This document shows positions 18,700-26,539 of a stretch of DNA of 64,000 nucleotides, piece by piece (position 1 is the first letter of the stretch; each line of letters begins with the position of its first letter). Made by a program: the position numbers and the translations under genes. Below the pieces are notes generated by a model, which was not told the DNA's origin, ran no database searches, and saw only the letters and a list, made by a program, of their open reading frames with translations. Source of the stretch: Bacillota bacterium (lineage in GTDB: Bacteria > Bacillota > SHA-98 > UBA4971); NCBI GenBank assembly GCA_014360195.1, contig JACIXY010000003.1:17100-81099 (forward strand), given 5' to 3'.

Positions 18700-20017
18700 C
18701 GCTCACCCTTCCCTCCTCTTTCTCGTGCTCTTCCTGCTCCTCCCGGGCGGCTCGGAGCACAAGCCCGGTCGCGGCGAAGCTTGCGATCATCGAACTACCA
18801 CCGTAGCTCACAAACGGCAGCGTGACCCCGGTAAGTGGAACAAGCCCCAGGACCCCGCCGATTATCGTGAGCGCTTGCAGCCCGATGAGGGACGTCATGC
18901 CCGCGGCGAGGAGCGCCCGAAAATCGTCGGTCGCCCGCGAGGCCCAGAAAAGCCCCCTGTACACCAGCAGCGCGTACGCACCGATCACCGCAAGCCCTCC
19001 CACCAGGCCCATCTCCTCGCATATGGCAGCGAAAACGAAGTCGGTCGGCGCGGCCGGGATGACATGGGGCATTCCCCGGCCCGGCCCAAGCCCGATGAGT
19101 CCCCCCGCCGCTACGGCAAACATGGACTGCACGGTCTGGTAGCCGGCAGAATCCATGAACCGCCATGGGTTGAGCCATACGATGAATCTGGCCCTCACGT
19201 GCGGGAACAGCCAGGAGCACGCCGCGCCGCCTGCCGCCAGGAGGGCCGCCCCTCCCAGCACGTATGACGCCCTGCCTGACGCCACGTATAACATCAGCAG
19301 GAAGACGCCGAAAAAGAGCACCGCCGCCCCGAGGTCCCTCTGAAACACCAGGAGGACAAGGGCGAGGCCCCACATCAGGGTGAGTGGTCCTGCATACGAG
19401 AGATCCGGCAGAAGAACGCCGAGAAGCCTCTTTGACGATCTCCTCAAGAGCGCCCTCGTATCCTTGAGGTAGCCTGCGTAAAACACCACCATGAGGACCT
19501 TAGCGGCCTCCGATGGTTGCACCGCCACAGGCCCAAGGTCGAGCCACGACTTCGCGCCTCCTGCCTCGACGCCGAAGATTATGGTGCTTGCCAGAAGCAC
19601 GCAGGATGTCGCCGCGGCAATAAACCTGTACCTCTCGAGCACCCGCAGATCTGGAGTGAACGCCACCAGCACCGAGCTCAGCGCGACCCCCATGGCAAGA
19701 TGCCCGACCTGTCTTGCGGCAAGCCCCGGGTCGAGCCTGAGGACCTCGGCCAGGCCGACTCCCGAGAGAAAAGCCACCAGTGAAAAGATCACCGGGTCAC
19801 CGACCCGGCGCCCCCTGCCGAACAGGACGTGGCATACAAGAAACACCCCGGAGAAACCCGCGAGCACAAGCCACCCCGGCGAACGCTCCAGTTTCCCGGA
19901 GGCAAGCGTTGCCATGAGCATGCCGAGCATGCCCGGGAGAAGCGCTGTGGCGAATAGAGTATCAGGGGAGGATGGTCCCCGCCGGCCCCAGGCCGCGTTG
20001 CGTGTGTCGCGTGTCAT
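18689..20017 (-). CDS. SEDS family peptidoglycan polymerase (FtsW/RodA/SpoVE)
   Basis: Polytopic membrane protein with the conserved C-terminal SEDS block (PAAPTDFVFAAICEEMGLVG ... TGVTLPFVSYGGSSM). Confidence 0.9.
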   Translation of the reverse strand: MTRDTRNAAWGRRGPSSPDTLFATALLPGMLGMLMATLASGKLERSPGWLVLAGFSGVFLVCHVLFGRGRRVGDPVIFSLVAFLSGVGLAEVLRLDPGLAARQVGHLAMGVALSSVLVAFTPDLRVLERYRFIAAATSCVLLASTIIFGVEAGGAKSWLDLGPVAVQPSEAAKVLMVVFYAGYLKDTRALLRRSSKRLLGVLLPDLSYAGPLTLMWGLALVLLVFQRDLGAAVLFFGVFLLMLYVASGRASYVLGGAALLAAGGAACSWLFPHVRARFIVWLNPWRFMDSAGYQTVQSMFAVAAGGLIGLGPGRGMPHVIPAAPTDFVFAAICEEMGLVGGLAVIGAYALLVYRGLFWASRATDDFRALLAAGMTSLIGLQALTIIGGVLGLVPLTGVTLPFVSYGGSSMIASFAATGLVLRAAREEQEEHEKEEGRVSVEG

Positions 20018-20730
20018 GGCAGGTCCAGGAACACCGCTACGGCGGTGATGTTGTCGTGGCCGCCTCCGCGCATCGCAAGCTCCACAAGCTGGTCCACCGC
20101 AGACTTCGGGTCGGACGCGGAGATCATCACCTTCAGTATCTCGCCATCGTCCACCGCGCCGGAGAGGCCGTCGGTGCAGAGGAGAAACCGGTCGTGTCCC
20201 GCCAGCTTGCAGTAGCCCACCTCGATTTCCACATCGGGTTGCGTACCGATGGCGCGGGTGAGGAGGTTCCGCTGTGGGTGAGCCCTCGCCTCAGGCTCCG
20301 AGAGCATGCCCATGCGGATGAGCTCCCCGACGATGGAGTGGTCCTCGGTCAGCCTGTATATCTTGTTCTCTCTTACAAGATATGCCCGGCTGTCGCCGAC
20401 GTGGCCTATGTACGCCCTGTCACCCGCAATGAGCAGCACAGTGAGGGTGGTGCCCATCCCCTCGCAGGAAGGATCATCCACTGACCGCCTATAGATGGCC
20501 CGGTTGATCCCCTCCAGGGCTTCCGCCAGGGCGACCCCCGGGTCCCCGTCTTCAGGAGGTTTGAACTCTTTCAGTATGCGGATGGCCATCTGGCTTGCGA
20601 TCTCGCCCGCTTCGTGGCCACCAAGACCGTCGGCCACGGCGAAGATGCCCTCGCCAACCAGGTAGTCATCCTCGTTCACGGACCTCACGAGACCCACGTC
20701 CGTCCGGGCAGAGGCCTGCATAACGCTCAC
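20014..20730 (-). CDS. PP2C-family Ser/Thr phosphatase (PrpC/PstP type)
   Basis: TDVGLVRSVNEDD, ADGLGGH, LLCTDGL and HGGHDNITAV motifs. The start overlaps the FHA gene stop by 4 nt. Confidence 0.92.
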   Translation of the reverse strand: MSVMQASARTDVGLVRSVNEDDYLVGEGIFAVADGLGGHEAGEIASQMAIRILKEFKPPEDGDPGVALAEALEGINRAIYRRSVDDPSCEGMGTTLTVLLIAGDRAYIGHVGDSRAYLVRENKIYRLTEDHSIVGELIRMGMLSEPEARAHPQRNLLTRAIGTQPDVEIEVGYCKLAGHDRFLLCTDGLSGAVDDGEILKVMISASDPKSAVDQLVELAMRGGGHDNITAVAVFLDLP

Positions 20731-21149
20731 CCCCGAAACCGAAATACGGTGTCGCCAAGCTCCAGCCGGTCTCCTTTCCGGAGGATCCGCTCCCGGCTAA
20801 GCCTCCTGCCGTTTACATAAGTGCCGTTGGCACTGCCAAGATCATGCACGAAAAACCCGGAGTCCGCACGGACGATCTCGGCGTGCTTCGCGGATACATA
20901 CGGGTCGAGGATGACGATATCGCTCTCAGGCGACCGCCCGAGGACCGTGACCGGACCCAGGGAAAACCGCTCTCCGCGCGAGGGAACTCCAGGCCCGGCT
21001 TCCACCTCGAGTTCGCCCCGACCCCGACCCCGCCCGCGCGGGAGCCGATCCCGCTCTGTGACAAGCCCCGCCGCCCGGGCCGCCCGGTAGAGAAACAAGC
21101 ATATCAGGCCCGCGAGGGCGACGCGCGCGAGGAGCCACATGAACGCCAC
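20727..21149 (-). CDS. Membrane-anchored FHA-domain protein (FhaB/FipA-like)
   Basis: N-terminal TM helix, RG-rich linker, then an FHA domain (LGRSPESDIVILDPYVSAKHAEI ... DLGSANGTYVNG). Confidence 0.85.
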   Translation of the reverse strand: MAFMWLLARVALAGLICLFLYRAARAAGLVTERDRLPRGRGRGRGELEVEAGPGVPSRGERFSLGPVTVLGRSPESDIVILDPYVSAKHAEIVRADSGFFVHDLGSANGTYVNGRRLSRERILRKGDRLELGDTVFRFRG

Positions 21150-21152
21150 CCG

Positions 21153-21986
21153 TCACGCCTCCTTGAAGCGGGCCGCGACCTTGCCGAAGCTCACAAGATC
21201 CCCGTCGGCAAGGAGCTGTCGCGACACCCTCCTCCCGTTGACGTACGTGCCGTTGGTGCTCCCGAGGTCGGCGACGTAGAACCGCCCCGCCTCCCGCCCG
21301 ATCTCGGCATGGCGCCGGGACACCCCGGCATCCTCGATGACGATGTCACACGAGCTCGACCGACCCACGATTACCTTCTCGTCTCCGAGCGGGAACACGC
21401 GTTCCCTGCCTGGGCCGCACCGGAGCACAAGGTACGGTTGCCTCGGCCGGCCCCGGTCAGGAAGACCGGCAGCGCCACGACCGGAGATGAGTGTCCGCGA
21501 GGCGTCCTGCGGACAGCTTTCCGCCGGCGCCCTCGCTTCAGGGAGCTCGTAGCCGTATCCTTCCCCGACCGCGCAAGACCGGCGGGTGGAGGCTGCGTCA
21601 TCCGCCCCCTCCCCCTCCTCATCCTCGACGAAAAACCCATCGACCTTGATGTCGCCCGGCCTTGCATCTTCGTCGGCAACGAACTCCACATCGACCCGAC
21701 CGACGAAGGAATACCCCTGCCTGCGGGCGCGTGAAATCACGTGGCCCGCAAGTTCGCGCGACACGGTGCGGGCGAGCGGCCCAAGGTACTCCACATCCCG
21801 GGCGTGCAGCTTCACCCTGTAACGATTGGGGACGTACGTGCGAGACACGGAGATCCTCTTCTCGTCCTCCATCTCCCGCAAGAGGTACCGCCCTATCTCG
21901 ACAGGATGGGTCGCCTCGCGGGCCTTGCGGAAGATGCCCTCAACGATCTCCTCGATTGCCCGTTCGATCCGTGCGAGGAAGCTCAT
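21153..21986 (-). CDS. FhaA-like protein (DUF3662 N-domain + C-terminal FHA domain)
   Basis: N-terminus MSFLARIERAIEEIVEGIF...YVPNRYRVKL is DUF3662-like. C-terminal FHA domain (VGRSSSCDIVIEDAGVSRRHAEI ... DLGSTNGTYVNG). Confidence 0.85.
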   Translation of the reverse strand: MSFLARIERAIEEIVEGIFRKAREATHPVEIGRYLLREMEDEKRISVSRTYVPNRYRVKLHARDVEYLGPLARTVSRELAGHVISRARRQGYSFVGRVDVEFVADEDARPGDIKVDGFFVEDEEGEGADDAASTRRSCAVGEGYGYELPEARAPAESCPQDASRTLISGRGAAGLPDRGRPRQPYLVLRCGPGRERVFPLGDEKVIVGRSSSCDIVIEDAGVSRRHAEIGREAGRFYVADLGSTNGTYVNGRRVSRQLLADGDLVSFGKVAARFKEA

Positions 21987-22090
21987 GACAAGGTCCCCCG
22001 AAACCCCGCGCCGTGCGCACGCTCACGCCGTTTCGCACCTGTGACATGGCCGCCTGGTTGCTCCCAGTCGCAGTATATCGCTACCGTAGC

Positions 22091-23182
22091 TCACCTGCAA
22101 TATCTACGGCGGAGCTGTCCGCACGCCGCGTCGATATCGAGTCCAAGTTCCCTTCTTATAGTTACGGGAATCCGCGCCTGCCTCAGAATGGCGAAAAAGC
22201 GCATCACCCTCTCCCGAGACGGACGCTGGTAACCCTTTTCCGCTACAGGGTTCAGCGGGATGAGGTTCACGTGGGCGAGCATGCCTCTGAGCAGCTCCGA
22301 AAGCTTGCGGGCTTGGGCCGGGCCATCGTTGACGTCGCGGATGAGCGCGTACTCGAAGGTGACCCGGCGCCCGGTGCGGCCGGCGTAGAACGACGCCGCC
22401 TCCATCACCTCGGGGATCGGGTAACGCCTGTTGATCGGCATGATCTCGTCACGCAGCTCGTCTGTGGGAGCGTGCAGGGAGATTGAAAGGGTAACAGGGA
22501 TCCCTTCCTCGGCGAGCCGACGGATGCCAGGCACGAGGCCGCACGTGGATACCGTCATCCGGCGGAAACTCAAGTTGAGGCCCTCCCTGGCGTTCAGTAT
22601 GCGGAGCGCCTTCACGGACGCGCCGTAGTTGTCGAGCGGTTCACCCGTCCCCATGAGCACGACCCACCCGACGCGGGCGACGCGGGACTGCTCCTGGGGC
22701 GCCTGGGAGAGGTCGAGGTTCATCTTGAGCACCTGGTCCACGATCTCGCCGGGGCTGAGGTTTCGCACGAATCCCCCCGCCCCCGACGCGCAAAACGCGC
22801 ATGCCATCTTGCAGCCTACCTGCGTCGAAACGCACGCCGACATGCCGTAGGTATACTTCATCCTGACGGCCTCCACCGAGTTGCCGTCGCCGAGGCCGAG
22901 GAGATACTTGACCGTGCCTTCCGTGCCGGACCTGCGCGAGAGGACCTCGAGGTTCGTAATGCGCGCGACCTCGGCCAGCTTCCTGCGCAGGGCAACCGGG
23001 AGGTTCGTCATCTCATCAAATGACGCGGCGCATTTCTGGTGTACCCACGAGAAGACCTGTGTCCCCCTGTACGAAGGCTCCCCCATGCTTACGAGAAACT
23101 CGGACATCTCATCCGGCAGGAAGCCCTTGAGGTCCGGCTTGAGGCCAGGCCTAGAACCAGCCTCTTCGCTTGAAATAGACAA
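22091..23182 (-). CDS. rlmN: 23S rRNA/tRNA adenine-C2 methyltransferase RlmN (radical SAM)
   Basis: Radical SAM cluster CKMACAFCASG, with GTGEPLDN and SLHAP blocks. The 5' end overlaps the corA stop by 32 nt. Confidence 0.92.
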   Translation of the reverse strand: MSISSEEAGSRPGLKPDLKGFLPDEMSEFLVSMGEPSYRGTQVFSWVHQKCAASFDEMTNLPVALRRKLAEVARITNLEVLSRRSGTEGTVKYLLGLGDGNSVEAVRMKYTYGMSACVSTQVGCKMACAFCASGAGGFVRNLSPGEIVDQVLKMNLDLSQAPQEQSRVARVGWVVLMGTGEPLDNYGASVKALRILNAREGLNLSFRRMTVSTCGLVPGIRRLAEEGIPVTLSISLHAPTDELRDEIMPINRRYPIPEVMEAASFYAGRTGRRVTFEYALIRDVNDGPAQARKLSELLRGMLAHVNLIPLNPVAEKGYQRPSRERVMRFFAILRQARIPVTIRRELGLDIDAACGQLRRRYCR

Positions 23183-24131
23183 GGAAACCTCCCCCCACGA
23201 GCAGCATGACGATCCACACCATGAGATAACCGTATCTCCACTCCAGTTCCGGCATATACCTAAAGTTCATGCCGTACACTCCTGCAATGAAGGTAAGAGG
23301 CAGGAAGATCGTCGCAACTATGGTGAGCCTCTGCATCACGAGGTTCGCCCTGTGGGACGATATTGAGAGGTACAGCTCGAACAGGCTGGCCACTGCATCC
23401 CTCGCCGAGTCGAGCATGCCATGCACTCTTAGGAGGTGGTCGGAGACATCTCTGAAGTACCACGCCGCCTGTTCCGAGATGAATGCCACGTCGCGCCTGG
23501 CCAGGCTTCCGACCACATCTCTCGTGGGCGCGACGCTCTTGCGAGCCCGGAGGATGTTTCTCCTTATGGTAGTCAGCCTCTGGAGAACGTTCCTCGTGCG
23601 CCCCAGGAGAAGCCCCTCCTCGATCTCGTCGAGCCGGTCGTCCCATCGGTCAACGAGCGGAAAGAACGAGTCCACTAGCGCGTCCAGGAGGGCGTAGACC
23701 AGGAAGTCCGGCCCCATCGCGGGCATGTCCGGGTGTTCCCGGAACCTCTTGACGCACTGATCCACGATGCCCGCACGCTGCGTGTGGACCGTCACCACGA
23801 ATGTGTGCCCGATGAATATGTCCAGCTCTCCGAGGGAAAGCCTGCCACAAGCCGCGTCATCGGGGGTGCAGGCTACATAGTGAGTCACTACGAACAGATA
23901 CTCGGAGAACTCGTCTACCTTGGGAAGCTCGCTATACGTACGGCAGTCCTCGATGGATAGCGGATGGAAGCGGAAGACGCGCGAGAGCATCTCGAACTCG
24001 TCCTCCGCCGGCGCCTGGAGGTCAACCCATAGCACGCCCTCCCCGCGCCGCGCCGCCTCTTCAATCTCGGACTCGCCCTCTAGAGGCTGCGCCGCCTTGC
24101 CCGGGCCCCCGAAGAGAAACGCCCGCACCAT
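23151..24131 (-). CDS. corA: CorA-family magnesium/cobalt transporter
   Basis: C-terminal two TM helices with the GVYGMNF (GMN) signature. Confidence 0.9.
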   Translation of the reverse strand: MVRAFLFGGPGKAAQPLEGESEIEEAARRGEGVLWVDLQAPAEDEFEMLSRVFRFHPLSIEDCRTYSELPKVDEFSEYLFVVTHYVACTPDDAACGRLSLGELDIFIGHTFVVTVHTQRAGIVDQCVKRFREHPDMPAMGPDFLVYALLDALVDSFFPLVDRWDDRLDEIEEGLLLGRTRNVLQRLTTIRRNILRARKSVAPTRDVVGSLARRDVAFISEQAAWYFRDVSDHLLRVHGMLDSARDAVASLFELYLSISSHRANLVMQRLTIVATIFLPLTFIAGVYGMNFRYMPELEWRYGYLMVWIVMLLVGGGFLVYFKRRGWF

Positions 24132-24280
24132 GCCGCCTCACCTCACCTCCTCAAGATTCGTTGCAAACGCCCGACCTCCTGCCGAAAGTATCTCCCTCTG
24201 GTAACCTGCTGTATGCTGCCCTCCGGAACGCGCTCTCCAATCCTCAGGAGCACGCGCACGCTGGCAAAAGGACGAGGCAC

Positions 24281-24478
24281 AAAGTGGGGGTGCAGAAATG
24301 CTCCCGACTTTTGGGAGGGGTTGCCGGTGATTGCATGAGGGGTGTCAAAATCCGGCCACCGGCCTGATGGGCTGGATTTTGGCGAAGCGCGCCCCGCTTG
24401 GAGCGCAGTCCCCGAGTGCAACACCGGCAACCCGCCAACTACTGGAAACAGGGCAAGGACTAACGCACCCTCACTAAG
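24281..24478 (-). repeat. R4: TIR-bounded hairpin element, long form (extra apical module of about 75 nt), reverse orientation
   Basis: The reverse complement aligns end to end with R8 and R10. Core is GGTTGCCGGTGTTGCACTCGGGG...CCCCTCATGCAATCACCGGCAACC. Ends are AAAGTGGGGGTGCAG and CGCACCCTCACTAAG. Confidence 0.9.
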
Positions 24479-24603
24479 TCCTTCTTCGCTTTCCGGTACT
24501 TGCCAGGTAGCCGGTACCTGCCAGGTAGGCGGTTCTACCCTCTTTCTCTGAGCCGCCGGGAACCTTTCCCAAAAGTCGGAAGCGATTCTGCACTCATACT
24601 AAG
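24475..24603 (+). repeat. R5: divergent family member, head-to-head with R4
   Basis: Same layout but diverged sequence. Left arm has a tandem CCGGTAC(T/C)TGCCAGGTAG x2, central hairpin is GGCGGTTC-loop-GAGCCGCC, right arm is CTTTCCCAAAAGTCGGAAGCGATTCTGCACTCATACTAAG. Confidence 0.7.
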
Positions 24604-24673
24604 CAGGAGATCCGGCACGGGGCGTCGAAACGCAGGAAAGCTCATCACGTTCGGGGGAACAGGGAGGATGCCC

Positions 24674-25294
24674 ATGGCGACTCGCGTGTTTCTCGTCCGG
24701 CACGGGGAGACCGAGTGGAACGCGGCCCGGAGGTATCAGGGCCATCACGACGTCCCCCTCTCACCCGCCGGGGAGCGTCAGGCGGAAAGGCTCGCCCTCC
24801 GACTTGCGCGGGAGAAGTTCGCCGCCGTGTATACGAGCGACCTCTCGCGGGCGGTCGCGACGGCTCGGGCCATCGCAAGGCCCCACGGCGTCCCTGTAGT
24901 GCAGTTGAGAGAGCTGCGGGAGATAGACGTGGGCGAGTGGGAAGGTATGAGCTTCGACGAGCTTCAGAGGACGAGGCCCGCGGAAGTCGCAAGATGGCTT
25001 GAGGACACAGTAAACAACCCCATCCCCGGCGGCGAGTCGTACGCCAGCCTGAGGGACAGAGTTGTTCCGAAGGTGATGGAGCTTGTCCGGACTCATCCCG
25101 ACGCCTCATTCTGCGTCGTGAGCCATGCAGGCCCCGTGAAGATGGTTCTTTGTGATGCGCTCGGGATCACGCTTGAGTTTCGTCACAGGATAGACCTTGC
25201 GAACGCATCCCTCTGCGCCGTCGAGTACTCCCCGGGGAGAGCCCCGAGGGTGCTTTTCATGAACGATACCTGCCACCTTCACCTTCTTACTTGA
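24674..25294 (+). CDS. Histidine phosphatase family protein (phosphoglycerate mutase/CobC-like)
   Basis: MATRVFLVRHGETEWN (RHG catalytic motif) and VVSHAGP. ATG 24674 follows GGGAGG by 6 nt. The track ORF's extension from 24500 runs through repeat R5. Confidence 0.85.
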   Translation: MATRVFLVRHGETEWNAARRYQGHHDVPLSPAGERQAERLALRLAREKFAAVYTSDLSRAVATARAIARPHGVPVVQLRELREIDVGEWEGMSFDELQRTRPAEVARWLEDTVNNPIPGGESYASLRDRVVPKVMELVRTHPDASFCVVSHAGPVKMVLCDALGITLEFRHRIDLANASLCAVEYSPGRAPRVLFMNDTCHLHLLT

Positions 25295-26483
25295 CCACGA
25301 GGCCAAGTATGGCCACGGCCGCCAGGAGCACCTTGAGGAGGCCATTCTCCTTTCGCAGAGAGTCCACATCCTTTGCGGTTTGCGCTTTGTGGGCGGCAAG
25401 GTCCGAAGCAAGGTCTGTGAGCGCCGTCTGGAGCGAGGTGTCCGTGGATATCCTCGCCGCGCGCTCTGTCGAAAGGTTCTCCTCGAGACTCAGCGTTTTC
25501 CCGGAGACTACACTAAGGTCCTTTTCCAACTTTGCGTCGCGTGCGCCAAGCTCTGCCACGCGCGCGTCAAGCGTGCTGGCGAGCGCCCCGAGGTCCTTCC
25601 GCAGGGCGAGGATGTCGCCTCTGGCCGCCCCGAGGTCAAGCCTGAGCGTCTCGATGCTCTTCCCAAGGTCCCTCTTCGCGGTCACAAGGCCCTCTGTAAC
25701 CAGCGCAACCTGAGGTTCGAGAGTGCTCAGGCGGAGGATGGCTGCGGAGAGATCTTCGTCAAGCTGCGCGAGTTTGGCATCGTGGGCGTCGAGCCGACTG
25801 GCAAGGCCCTTGTCAGACGCATCCATGCGGTCAGCGAGATCCTTGAGAGACGCTTGAGTGTTATCGAACCCCCTGGCGACGTCGTCTGCCAGGCGACCTA
25901 TGTGCTGCACGTTCTCGTCGATCCTCGCGGAGAGCCTATCCTCAGCCTGCCGAGCCCTCTGATCGGCTGCGGCGATGCTCTTCTCGGTGGACGCGGTGAT
26001 GTCCGCGATCATCTTCTCCACCTCGGACCTCATTTGCTGCTGTGTGAAGGTGAGACGCGCGAGGTCCTCTCTCATGACAGCCTGGGCGCGAGACTGCTCA
26101 TCGAGGGATTTCTTGAAGACGCCGAGCTCGTTCGCGACCTGCACAAGCTCCTCACGGAACTCTCCCGAGAGCTTGCGTAGAAGCTCCACGTCCTCGGGGG
26201 TGGCGCCCACCTTTCCTGTTTCGATTTCTCTCAGGATTCTCGCTATCACCACGGCAAGCGTGTATCTATCCACCGGCTTTCCGCCCTGGAAAGTGCCGTC
26301 GTCATATACCGCAAGATAACCCTTGTCCACAAGAGCCTTCACAGCCTGGTACGCCCAGTGGTCCTTCGGAACGTCCTTGATCTCCGCCGCCATCCCGGCC
26401 GAGGGCACGGCCACAAGCGCCACGGACAACAGGACAACGCATAGAGTCCTCGCAGGTAGTCCAAGAAGTGTTCTCGTACTCAT
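25287..26483 (-). CDS. SLH-domain / long coiled-coil / C-terminal TM protein (Omp-alpha-like envelope tether)
   Basis: Signal peptide, then an SLH domain (IKDVPKDHWAYQAVKALVDKGYL..GTFQGGKPVDRYTLAVVIARIL), about 290 aa of heptad-rich Ala/Leu/Asp/Lys sequence, then a hydrophobic C-terminus LLKVLLAAVAILGLVVK. Confidence 0.8.
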   Translation of the reverse strand: MSTRTLLGLPARTLCVVLLSVALVAVPSAGMAAEIKDVPKDHWAYQAVKALVDKGYLAVYDDGTFQGGKPVDRYTLAVVIARILREIETGKVGATPEDVELLRKLSGEFREELVQVANELGVFKKSLDEQSRAQAVMREDLARLTFTQQQMRSEVEKMIADITASTEKSIAAADQRARQAEDRLSARIDENVQHIGRLADDVARGFDNTQASLKDLADRMDASDKGLASRLDAHDAKLAQLDEDLSAAILRLSTLEPQVALVTEGLVTAKRDLGKSIETLRLDLGAARGDILALRKDLGALASTLDARVAELGARDAKLEKDLSVVSGKTLSLEENLSTERAARISTDTSLQTALTDLASDLAAHKAQTAKDVDSLRKENGLLKVLLAAVAILGLVVK

Positions 26484-26539
26484 TGCACTCCCCCCAGCAC
26501 GGGCAGGGCCCGCTGCGTTCTATCTTCTTACTGTCGTTT

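Noticed and set aside
24132-24280. M-box (Mg2+) riboswitch upstream of corA
   Set aside because: The leader outside repeat R4 is only about 150 nt, and I could not find the conserved M-box helices or motifs.
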